Source of the DNA: Leptogorgia sarmentosa
Lineage: Eukaryota
Direction: 5' to 3'
NCBI GenBank assembly: GCA_964658305.1
Contig: OZ210885.1
Span: 7,626,001-7,690,000, forward strand
DNA: 64,000 nucleotides
The notes under the pieces were generated by a model. That model saw only the letters and a list, made by a program, of their open reading frames with translations. It had not been told where the DNA came from and ran no database searches. The translations under genes and the position numbers were made by a program. Of the stretch, positions 1 to 10,000 are shown piece by piece; within the stretch, counting starts at the first letter, position 1, and each line of letters opens with the position of its first letter.

Positions 1-69
1 GATAGAATACTAATGTGCCGATGAAAACGTATAAAAGCTGGTGATATACTATTTTTATTCAGTTTCGAG

Positions 70-529
70 ATGGATTGCCTACATGGAAAACCAGCATCAA
101 GTTCAACTACGAAAAATGGATCCTTTTGGTTTTGTGGGCAAAACCCCAGCTGTAGTTTCATTTGTACAGAGGAGGAAGGTTTTTTAATTCAATAATTAAA
201 TAATTTTTTTGGTCAAGGACATGTTGAAAGAGAGCTTTGGTCGACCGTATTTTACATGCTCGGTGCGCGAAGATCCATGCTCCCTATGGATGTGGGCTGA
301 CGAGAACCATGTGGAGAAACCGAATTGTCATCACGGACAATCGTGTGCCATGAGGAAAGTTAAAAAGCCAGGTCTTAACACAGGGCGAAAGTTCTTCTGT
401 TGTCCGAATGACAAAGAATCGTCTTGCAAGTACTTTGAGTGGGTACCGGAGGAGCCTTATCAAGATGTCAGTTTTGCGAAACCCGTTTCAAGTATCATAA
501 ACGATTTTCCTATTAGTTGGAACATTTGA
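70..529 (+). pseudogene. Disrupted GRF zinc-finger repeat protein
   Basis: ATG at 70 reads MDCLHGKPASSSTTKNGSFWFCGQNPSCSFIC, then is broken by an AT-rich stretch (~181-210). ORF 209-529 has GRPYFTC..C..W and a full zf-GRF-like motif CHHG..C..RKVKKPGLNTGRKFFCC..C.YFEW. Confidence 0.6.
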
Positions 530-591
530 ACATTTTATTTGAACAGTTTTTATTTAAACACTTTTATAAGTATTATTTTTAAAAACTCTTA

Positions 592-792
592 TTAAAAATC
601 ATTAAAGTCTAAATGGTCTAAAAAATAGAAATTGTTCCAGTCCAGGGAGGCCATGAGGTCATCCACGTCGGGTACCGGGGATGGGACTTCTTCAAGGGGG
701 TTTACTGGGGGTTCTTGGAGGACTTCATCGAGCGCTGCTTCTTGGGCTTGATCCAGATCATCGTCCTCTTCGACATATTGATCCTCGAACAT
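592..792 (-). CDS. Small acidic hypothetical protein (66 aa), convergent with the GRF ORF
   Basis: Strongly D/E-rich ORF with higher GC than its flanks; no recognisable family. Confidence 0.3.
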   Translation of the reverse strand: MFEDQYVEEDDDLDQAQEAALDEVLQEPPVNPLEEVPSPVPDVDDLMASLDWNNFYFLDHLDFNDF

Positions 793-1274
793 TTGTAATA
801 AATGAGGGTCTTCTAATTGGTCTAAAAAATAGAAATTGTATAATCATAATAATCTCTTTCGGAGATGTTAGGCTGTACTATTGCACTATAACCAGGTTTC
901 TCATTCTATCCAATCGCATATTTGCCATTAACCTAAGCCTGTAAACCAGTTGCCCTTACAGCTACACTTCATACAATAACTATAGCATTTTGCACAAAGT
1001 CCACTTAATAAAAACCAATGGAAAAACTCTTTCCATGATCAATTAGATTTTTTGTCATTAGTCATGGATTCGAAGGTTTTCCAGCCTATCGCGAATAGCT
1101 TTACTGTGCTGGAATTACATCTTTATTAATCGTGTCATCAAGCAAAAACGGTAAAATGAGAAAATACTTTTCTTCCGTTAGGGGTGAATTTTTTTCCGTA
1201 CGGACGTCCAAGCCGGTAAATAACATTTATTTATTTTTAGTTTATATTTTCTTCGGAAGGTTTTCATGGTGTCA

Positions 1275-1348
1275 GTCTCTGTGGCGCAATCGGTTGGCGC
1301 GTTCGGCTGTTAACCGAAAGGTTGTTGGTTCGAGTCCAACCAGGGACT
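1275..1348 (+). tRNA. tRNA-Asn(GTT)
   Basis: GTCTCTGTGGCGCAATCGG...CTGTTAACCGAAAG...GTTGG-TTCGAGT-CCAAC-CAGGGAC; stems pair; minor deviations in D-loop and discriminator. Confidence 0.85.
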
Positions 1349-1577
1349 TGTTGGTGTGATGTTATTCAGACGTCGTATTTCGTAACAAGGGGCGGATCCA
1401 GGCCATATCGAACGTATCAGCTGATACGGTCAGAAAAAATGCAATAATAATGGATATTATTTTTTGACCTAAATCTAATTTTTGCCAATGCCACATTGAA
1501 GGGGAATACGAAAAAGAACTTCAACGGTGACAATGCACGCATTGGTGATTACAATACTTTTTGGTGTTTGAAACAGA

Positions 1578-1643
1578 TGCCGTGACCAGGATTCGAACCT
1601 GGGTTATTGCGGCCACAACTACTAACCACTATACGATCACGGT
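1578..1643 (-). pseudogene. tRNA-His(GTG) pseudogene
   Basis: Matches the eukaryotic tRNA-His pattern but the 5' strand of the anticodon stem is deleted (compare the copy at 2113-2184). Confidence 0.8.
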
Positions 1644-1752
1644 GACTACGCTGGAAGATTGGAAAATATTTTGGAACTGCTGAGATATTACATTAATCCC
1701 ATATTTTTCTTCCTAAGTACAAAGTACATTAGAGAAAATTGATACCATCAAT

Positions 1753-1811
1753 GGCTTGCTGGTCTAGTGGTATGATTCTTGCTTTGGGTGCGAGAGGTCA
1801 CGGGTTCGATT
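1753..1811 (+). pseudogene. 3'-truncated tRNA-Pro(TGG)
   Basis: GGCTTGCTGGTCTAGTGGTATGATTCTTGCTTTGGGTGCGAGAGGTCACGGGTTCGAT; the 3' T-stem and acceptor strand are missing. Confidence 0.8.
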
Positions 1812-1878
1812 GCTGTCGAAATTCTGTTCTTTATTCCCGTTCAATGTGGCCTTGTCAAAAAAGTTGTCAATAGTGTCA

Positions 1879-1910
1879 GTCTCAGTGGCGCATTCGGCTG
1901 TTAACCGAAA
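1879..1910 (+). pseudogene. tRNA-Asn fragment (D-arm deleted, 3' half absent)
   Basis: GTCTCAGTGGCGCA joined to TTCGGCTGTTAACCGAAA; same upstream GTGTCA flank as the 1275 copy. Confidence 0.7.
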
Positions 1911-1959
1911 CGATTTACGGAAGCTTTCAAAATAGAGAAGGTCTTGCTTGGTTAATAAA

Positions 1960-2038
1960 GGGCTTGCAAACGAATCCAACCCGTGGCCTCTCGCACCCAA
2001 AGCTTAAAGCGAGAATCATACCACTAGACCTGCAAGCC
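1960..2038 (-). pseudogene. tRNA-Pro(TGG) pseudogene
   Basis: Reverse-complement tRNA-Pro with a 7-nt insertion in the anticodon arm and a damaged T arm. Confidence 0.75.
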
Positions 2039-2112
2039 ATTAATATTGATGGTAACAAATTGTTCTCTAATGTACTTTGTACTGACGAAGAAAAATATGG
2101 GATTAATATGGA

Positions 2113-2184
2113 TATGTGATCGTATAGTTGTTAGTAAATTGCGTTGTGGCCGCAATAACCCAGGTTCGAATCCTGGTCACGGCA
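2113..2184 (+). pseudogene. tRNA-His(GTG) with damaged 5' end
   Basis: GTGATCGTATAG...TTGCGTTGTGGCCGCAA...GGTTCGAATCCTGGTCACGGCA; the first three acceptor bases are lost and the D-loop GG is mutated. Confidence 0.75.
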
Positions 2185-2353
2185 TCTGATTCAAACACCA
2201 AAAATTATTGTAATCACCATTGCGCTCATCGTCACCGTTGAAGTTCTGTTTCTTATTGCCGTTCAATGTGCCCTTGGCAAAAAATCAGATTTTGGCCAAA
2301 AATAGTATCCACTGTTTTTATATTTTTTCCCGAAAGTTTTCCGAGTAGTGTCA

Positions 2354-2386
2354 GTCTCTGTGGCGCAATCGGTTAGGACGTTCGGC
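2354..2386 (+). pseudogene. tRNA-Asn 5' fragment
   Basis: GTCTCTGTGGCGCAATCGGTTAGGACGTTCGGC, then similarity stops. Confidence 0.7.
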
Positions 2387-2909
2387 GGCAAGACAAGTTA
2401 ACTCTCATGATTGTATGAAAAGTGACCTGAAGCAAAATTTTTGAACAGAATTTATTTCATCAAAAACACGTGATAATAGAGGAAATTAAGTTTAATTAAC
2501 TTCGTAATGGATTTATATTCTGACTTTCATCATATCCCTCATACCAAATCTTTTAGTGTTTTCTGTATTTAAGTCTTTGTTGTCATGATTTTGCTTTTCC
2601 AAAAAAAAATATTTTGCTGATCTTGTTTAAAGTGAAACAATTTCCTAGAACTTCAAACGCAGAATATTTTGATTTTGTTGCATTTCAATTTCAATTGCAA
2701 CACAAATAGAAACTCATTCTTGGCATGTTTCATATAATCTTGATACAATAAAACGGGACTTCTTTCCTTTATTTTTGTAGAGGGATATTGAATCTGTCAC
2801 TTTAAACGTTCAGCCACCACCACCGAGAACAGAACTTCCTCTCATCAAGTTTTCCCCCCAAAAAAATCGTGTTTGAATTCGAGACGAAAATGTTGAAGGC
2901 TTTGCATAA

Positions 2910-2991
2910 CGTAGTCTGCAGGATTTGAACCTGCGCGGGAAACCCCCAACAGATTTCGAGTCTCTCGCCTTAACCACTCGGCCACGACCAC
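2910..2991 (-). tRNA. tRNA-Ser(CGA), possibly decaying
   Basis: 82-nt Ser pattern with long variable arm, loop CT-CGA-AA; one mismatch each in the anticodon and acceptor stems. Confidence 0.75.
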
Positions 2992-3777
2992 GTTGCAACA
3001 ACCAAGAGGTTTCGCGTTATTCAACTTAAGGGGGTCGTATACAAAAAAACTTTTTTTGTGTTTTAATGCGATGATGTTCATTTTTTGTCGGTTTTTAGGG
3101 CATTGTACCACTAACGTAAAAAAATGTTTGTCAAAGTTACCGTTGCCATGGTTACCATGTTAATTACCCCCTGGTGGTGAAAAATTACCATATTTGTAAA
3201 CATGATATCTCAAGAAGTATAAAGGATAAAAACCTAAAATAACTTTTGTTCAATAGTATAGGACGTACTCTTGGGGATGAACTAGAACTATGGTGATTGA
3301 GGCAAAAATATTTTTTTTATTTTTTGTCATTTTGTGTTTTTTTGACATTTTGTTTGTTTTTTTTCAAGGGTTTTTTTCTCAGCATTTTGTTGTTAGGGTC
3401 AGAATTACTGTTTGGGCCAGGATTAGAAAAACAAAAAGAAAAAGAAAAGACAATATTTTCTGTTTGGACTCTCATCTAATATTCTCGACGATAAAGTGTG
3501 TCCAGTGAAAATATAGATCAGTGCTTGGTAACCAAGCCTTAAAGTGATCCCAAAAAAAAAATTCTGCTTGCGCCACAGAGGCTAAGACTACGTTTACACG
3601 ATGCCGGTATTATGTGAAAACGGTAGAAAAATTACGATAGTTTGCGAATGTGCCGTTCACCTGTTGCGTTTACACGGTGCCGGTAAAAATTAATGACGGT
3701 TTGTCATGTGATATTCCTTGTCCAATGACATTTATTGACGAAAATAACGCTGACTCAACACGTGCATTACAACAAAC

Positions 3778-4884
3778 ATGGCGCCCAAAAAAAGCAAGAA
3801 AACCTCGAATAAAGCCGAAGGACATAGCAATTTTACATGGACTGACGACGAAATCGAGTTGTTGCTTGCAGTAATTTACGAATATAAAAGCAGTAAGGAA
3901 TCAGAGGGATTCGATTGGGAATCAATCAAGACAAAATATGACGAAATCAGGGCCTTGTTGTTAGCGAGATATCCTCGAAATCAGGATGCAGACGATCAAA
4001 GAGAATTCCCTTTGGGAAAGGGGAAGGATCCATCCGAAGAGTTAACAAAGGAGCGTGTTGTTGCCAAAGTAAAAGCTCTGCGATTAAAGTACCGAAAAGC
4101 TTTAGATTCTGGTAGAAGGAGTGGAGGTGGAAGAGTTGTTGCTCAGTTCTATGATATCTGTTCAAAAATCTGGAGTGGAAGTCCTGCTGCAGAGGCAATT
4201 GAAGGAGGTATTGACAGCAGCCTTACGTCAGAAAACACAACAACAGAAACAGAATCGGCACAAGCTCCAAATGATGCTATCTCAAGTGATGAAAGTGAAA
4301 GTAGAACACAAAGTCCTGATCATCATCGAAGAGATCTGGTGAAGCATCTACAGGAGAGCAGAAATGCCAAGCTGAAAAAAAAGATTCCAGTTGATAAACA
4401 AATACTTGATATAACAAAAAAGGATTTCGAGCTGAAAAGAGAGATGATGGAACACATGAAACATATGGAAGCTGAACATAACAAGCAAATGAAAACCCTT
4501 TCAGAGTCTATGGTTGGACTGACCAATGCTTTGACAGCTGCCATCACAGGTCGACAACATCAACAGCAGCCAAATGGTCAATTCCAACAGCATGTTCAAC
4601 CAGGTGCACAGTATCAACATCCAATAGGTATAGTATATATATAGCTATGTACCAGCAAATTCAAACCCCTAACATACCAGCTTATATTTATAAATATTTT
4701 TTGTCATTATTTTGATACAGGTAGCCAGTATCAGCCAGTCCCATACATGCCATTTGGTGGTTTTCAACCTCCTGTAATTTCCCAAATGCCACAACAACCA
4801 CAACAACTACAGTCACCTTGTCACATTGCCCAGATCACAGAACTAGATTATCAAATGGAGCAAGGGGGAGAACAAAATACATAG
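3778..4884 (+). CDS. Harbinger Myb/SANT-like DNA-binding protein (exons 3778-4627, 4721-4884; 337 aa)
   Basis: FTWTDDEIELLL..W..IK..Y..VK.LR.KYRK trihelix/Myb-like motif; a GT-AG intron at 4628-4720 extends the ORF in frame into a Q/P-rich tail ending at TAG 4882-4884. Confidence 0.85.
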
Positions 4885-5046
4885 CAATTGTTTTACAATA
4901 GTAACTGAAGTAGATAAGTTGTTCATGTTATGTTTTAGACTTTTTATTCCAATAGTTCAGATATTGGTAAAGATACAGTTAATGAAATGAACACAATGTT
5001 ATAAACTTTGTTGAAAACGCATTTTGTGTACTTGATTGATGGCACA

Positions 5047-6367
5047 TTAGTCAAAATATTTAACATATATGTATCGTACATTTTTGCCAGCTGCCTCATT
5101 ATTTCCAGTTGTACATCTATTTGCAGCACATGGTGGCTGAAGTTGACTTTCTGAAACATTTGCTGCTTGTATGAGGCCATCATGCACTTGTTCTTTGTTG
5201 AGCTCACAAATATTGTGTAACACAAAACAAGAATAGATAACCATTGGTAGTTCTGATAATTTAATGTCCATAGGTCGACGTAGTGAACCAAATCTACCTT
5301 TTAGTCGACCAAAAGCACATTCTATTGTCATTCGAGCAGACGACAATCGATAACCAAAGAATTGCTCGCTAACATCGGATCCTCCAGCTGGAAATTCTTT
5401 CATGACGTATGGAAGAAGGGGATAGGCAGGGTCACCAAGTATACAGATGGGAACTGCATCCTCTCCTTCAACAATAATTTTAGGACAACTAGGTATGATA
5501 TTGTCACGCATTTTTTTATTCAAGCTAGAGTTAGCAAAGATTCGGGCGTCGTGGACAGCCCCAGGCCATTTGACTACAACATCAGTGAAGCAGTACTTGT
5601 AATCACAAAGTGCTTGTACGTTTATTGAATATTTCCCCTTCCTGTTCAGGTAATCAGAGTAATTCTCATTTGGCTGTATTATCTGCACATGGGTCCCATC
5701 AACTGCTCCAATGCATTGAGGAAATCCATGGCATCTCAAGTAACCAGAAACTAATTCTTCAACCTGAATAGAAAATACTGTAACCTGAATAGTTTTACTC
5801 TTTCATAATGCAAACATATTAAAATGGTTATTGTATTACCTGTTCTGGCGTCGATGGAAGTCTTATATATGATGGTCCAAGCTTTGTTGTGATTGCCTTG
5901 CATACCCTTCGGACGATGCGAGAAACCGTACAACGCGCTACACCAAAAGCATTTGCAACCTTTCGATATCGCCCTTCATCAGCCAAGTAGTAAAGTGTTA
6001 TTGCGACTTGAGTCTCGACGTCCAACGGCTTCCTCATGTTTGTCTCCTTTTTTGTCAGATAAGGACGAAGTTCCTCGCACAACTTGTTGAAAGTAGGCTG
6101 GGACATCCGGAAATTTTCTTGCCACTCTTCAATGACGGCAACATTATTTTTCAAATTTTCCCACCATAATGACGTCCTTCCAGGACGAATCCAAAACTGT
6201 CTTTGCTTACCTTTTTTTTTAATTTTTTGTGCTGGTAAGATCAATTTGTTGTTAAATAAATGTAAAAGCTTATTTCTCTTTTCTCTGAAAACAGCGATAG
6301 TCTGCTGCATCAATGCAATATTAATAAAAATTGCTGTGCATAAGCATTCTATTTCAATGAAATCCAT
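5047..6367 (-). CDS. Harbinger DDE transposase, HARBI1-like (exons 6367-5840, 5763-5047; 414 aa)
   Basis: The two listed ORFs join in frame across a 76-bp GT-AG intron (5839-5764). Motifs NFRMS..F..L, HTH region, [25 protein letters not shown] give an intact D-D-E triad. Confidence 0.93.
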
Positions 6368-6603
6368 TGTTTACTTTTCATATGATAACCGTTGTCGAAC
6401 TCTTACGGCACAAGTGTTTACACGGTGCTCGTTATTGTTCCGTTTTCACACTTCGCCGATAAGGACGACGTTTTCATTTTTTGCCGTTTTCATGGCATTT
6501 TCTGCCGGTATCGTATAAACGCAAGGCCAAAACGGCATAATTTCGTTCCGTTTTCGAATGAAAACGGCATCGTGTAAACGTAGTCTAATACTACTAAAAC
6601 AGT

Positions 6604-6624
6604 TGCCGTGACCAGGATCACGGC
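6604..6624 (-). pseudogene. Collapsed tRNA-His relic
   Basis: TGCCGTGACCAGGATCACGGC = both tRNA ends fused at a GAT microhomology; the following flank matches 1644-1710. Confidence 0.6.
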
Positions 6625-6744
6625 GACTTCGCTGCAAGATTAAAAAATGTTTTGGAACGATTGCGATATTACATTAATCCCAAATTTTTCAATAATCAAT
6701 TCACTGTTCACTTTCCAGGCAAAAATTGTGAAGACTTTGCATAA

Positions 6745-6826
6745 CGTAGTCGGCAGGATTTGAACCTGCGCGGGAAACTCCCAACAGATTTCCAGTCTGT
6801 CGCCTCAACTGCTCGGCCACGACTAC
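6745..6826 (-). tRNA. tRNA-Ser with GGA anticodon (probable pseudogene)
   Basis: Paralog of 2910-2991; arm ACAGA-CT-GGA-AA-TCTGT pairs perfectly; the invariant D-loop GG is altered (GAGCAGTTGAGGC). Confidence 0.7.
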
Positions 6827-7009
6827 GTTGCTACAACCAACAGGTTTCGCGTTGTTCAACTAAACATTGACGTCTACAACTCACCTACACTCTCAGCTTT
6901 ATACACTGTGAATAATATGAAGTAGAGTAGTGAGCAGAGTTTACCACGTGGGGCCTGGGGCCAACGTTGCTTGCGAATAGAATGGATTATTTTGGGTGTT
7001 TCTTTCTAC

Positions 7010-10000
7010 TAGTAGTAGTAGGTTTTATTATCCATCTTTAGACAAAAAAATACAATGGATTTACATTTAAAATATTTGGATATAGTACATTGTTAAAAAA
7101 TTACATCAATCAGTTAGTGAACAGGCCCTAGGAATGAACGAGTTCTTGTGTCTATCCGTATTTGATATTGTTTTGTTAAATTTAGGTTTACTTCTAAGAT
7201 TATAGTTATGAATCTTTCGAGTAGGTAAAAATACACGACATGGGTGATTAGTGTCAGACTGAATTTTCAAAAGCTCTCTCTTAGTTGCTTCAACTCTTCT
7301 TTCCCTGAGGGTAGGTAGGTGGTTCTTCGGCAGGCCAATGATCTTCATACTTCTAGTTTGTATTTGTTCGATTTCATCTTCTAAGTATTTGGGAAGGCCT
7401 CCCCATACCGGGGATGCATATTCCAGGATAGGTCTTATTTTCGATATATATGTAGTGAGTCCAATTTCTACAGGGAGATTGGATCTACGACATTCTCGTA
7501 GGTGGAATAGCTTTTTACAGGCTTTGCGAACAGTCTGATGAACGTGTGTATTCCATTTGAGGTTGTTCTGCTGCCATACTCCCAGTAATTTAAAAGTCTC
7601 AACTCTTTCAATTGGTTCCGTTCCACAGAAGAGAGCAGGTGGTTCTGGGATCTTGTTTGAGAAGCATATCCACATATCCTTAGTTTTCTTTGGGTTTAGC
7701 TCCATTTTATTGTTGGATGTCCATTTTATTACTTCATCAACTACTTCCTGCATATTGCCCTGCGAGTTCAAAGATATAAGTTCGTGTTGCGTACAATCGT
7801 CAGCATATTTATTTGTACTGATAGGTAGATGATTAGGTACTGCGTCTTCTAGGTCATTTATAATTACATTGAACAAAACAGGTGAGATCACTGATCCCTG
7901 TGGGACCCCTGCAGGGCATGGTGAAAATGTTGATAGAATATTTTGTATTTTGACCTGTTGTGTTCTTTGCGATAGAAAGCTCTTGATCCATTGCCAAAAG
8001 CTCTTGTTGATATGGTGCTCGGCAAGTTTCATAAGTAATGTCTTATGGTCGACCATGTCGAATGCTTTCTTAAAATCGATGAATAATGCGTGTACACCTT
8101 TCTGTCCGTTTATTTTGTTGTTATCAGTTGCATCGAACCAGCTTTGGGTTATATTAATTAAAGCAGAGACTGTAGACCGGTTGGCTGTAAAGGCATGTTG
8201 AGTTGTATTGCATTGGATATCTTTTGTATGTAGTTTCAGTTGCAATCTTTCGAGAACCTTGCCCAATTGTGGTAGAACAGATATTTGTCGGAAGTCGTTG
8301 GAAATGTCCTCAGGTGGATTGATTTTAGGGACAGGACTTATAAAGGCATGTTTATACGCTTTAGGATACTTGCATTGTATTATGCTAGCTTTAAAAATAT
8401 CATGAACTACTACCGCCAGTTCTTCCGAAAATCGCTTAAGAAACCACGCGGGAATTCCATCTGATCCGGTTGCTTTCTTGGAATTTAAATGTGCAAGGGC
8501 ACTTTTGACTTGTCCAACACTTGGTATGGGTGGGTTTTGGTCTTTCAGAAGGTTTTCCACTTCGCTGATATCAACGCTAGCCGTAGAGGTAAGATCTTTC
8601 CATGGAGCTATAAAAGCTGTTTGTAGTTTCTCTGACAATTCTTGGAGTTCTTCCCTGGTTGGGGCAGAGAGAGTTGATTGAGAATTACCTGTGCCAACTA
8701 GGTTATAGATCGAGCGGTACCATTTGGCAGGATTATGGTATTTATTGTTTTTAGCCTTGTCTTGATAGTAGTTATACTTAGCTGTGGTAATTAAGTTATT
8801 AACTTTAACACAGAGAGCGTCGTATTTCAACTTATTGCCTGCTGTATATGCCATTTGGCGTTCTTTAATATGAGCTTTGATACATGGCGTTATCCAGGGT
8901 TTATCCGTTGGATGTGTTCGGATAGATCTTTCAGGCATAGTAGTATTAAGAATATTACCAATAAGAGCGTTGAAGACAGATACTTTTTCGTCAACACTAT
9001 TCGCGTTAATAACAGTTTCCCAATTTTCTTTATTCATAGCAATAGTTAGAGATTGTATGTTTCGTGGGGTCATTTGCCTGACTTTCCTTGTGACTGGGGG
9101 TAATTTGAGGCGATTTTTGGATTTAAACAACAAGCATTGGTGGTCAGAACGTCCTAGAGGAGGGAGGTGTTGAGCAGGAGCCAGTATATCCGACATGTTA
9201 GTTAAAAATTGGTCAAGAATAGCATTACCTCTTGTTGGAGATTTTACCATCTTTCGTAATCCAAAACGTCTGCAAAGAGGCTCCAAATTTAACTTGTTAA
9301 AGTCTCCCGTTATTACTATGCCACTGGATGGATATTTATTTAATATCGAATCAATTCCTCTTGATATGTTGGTAATAGTTTCCTCTACCGAACCAACCGA
9401 CTGTCCGGGGGGAAAATAAACAGCCACAAGTAAAATGGTACTGAAAGGCCGGGGCGTTCTCGGTGGATTTAACAACAGCCAAAGGATTTCCTCTCCTTCC
9501 ACTTCAAGTTCAGATAACCGCTTTGTACGCGTTTTATGATTTATATATGCGAGCACTCCTCCACCTGGTGATTTTCTGTCTAGGCGGTAAGTTGCAAAAT
9601 TGCTGAACGATACGGCTGAGTCAGGTATATTCGCTGTAAGCCAGGATTCTGTTATAACTGCTACAGATATATCATTTATGTCGATCACTCCACGGAGTTC
9701 GTCTAGTTTGTTCGTTATATGACATGCGTTTGTCACAAGAAAAGTAGGTAGGCTTGATGTTACCTTTGTACTTGTGCTGGTTGTGCTGATGGTAATTAGG
9801 TTTCTAGCGGTTCTTTTGTGGAGATTCATTGATACGTTAAGATTTAATTCGCTTAGTTGATTGTCCTGAAAATTTGCATTCATTTTTCGCTTATTGATAG
9901 GCCTTCGACCCATAATAACTGGGATATTTTCATTTATCTTACGCGATTGATTTTGATATTTTCCCGCACGTTTCCCTCTGTACCTGAAAATGGTATTAGA

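Larger units (their letters stand above)
3586..6585. mobile_element. Full-length PIF/Harbinger DNA transposon (3000 bp)
   Basis: Perfect 21-bp TIRs GACTACGTTTACACGATGCCG; TAA target-site duplication at 3583-3585 and 6586-6588; two convergent genes. Confidence 0.95.

Noticed and set aside
3026..3542. Possible TTAA-flanked (Kolobok/piggyBac-like) insertion
   Set aside because: TTAA at both candidate ends but no convincing terminal inverted repeat.
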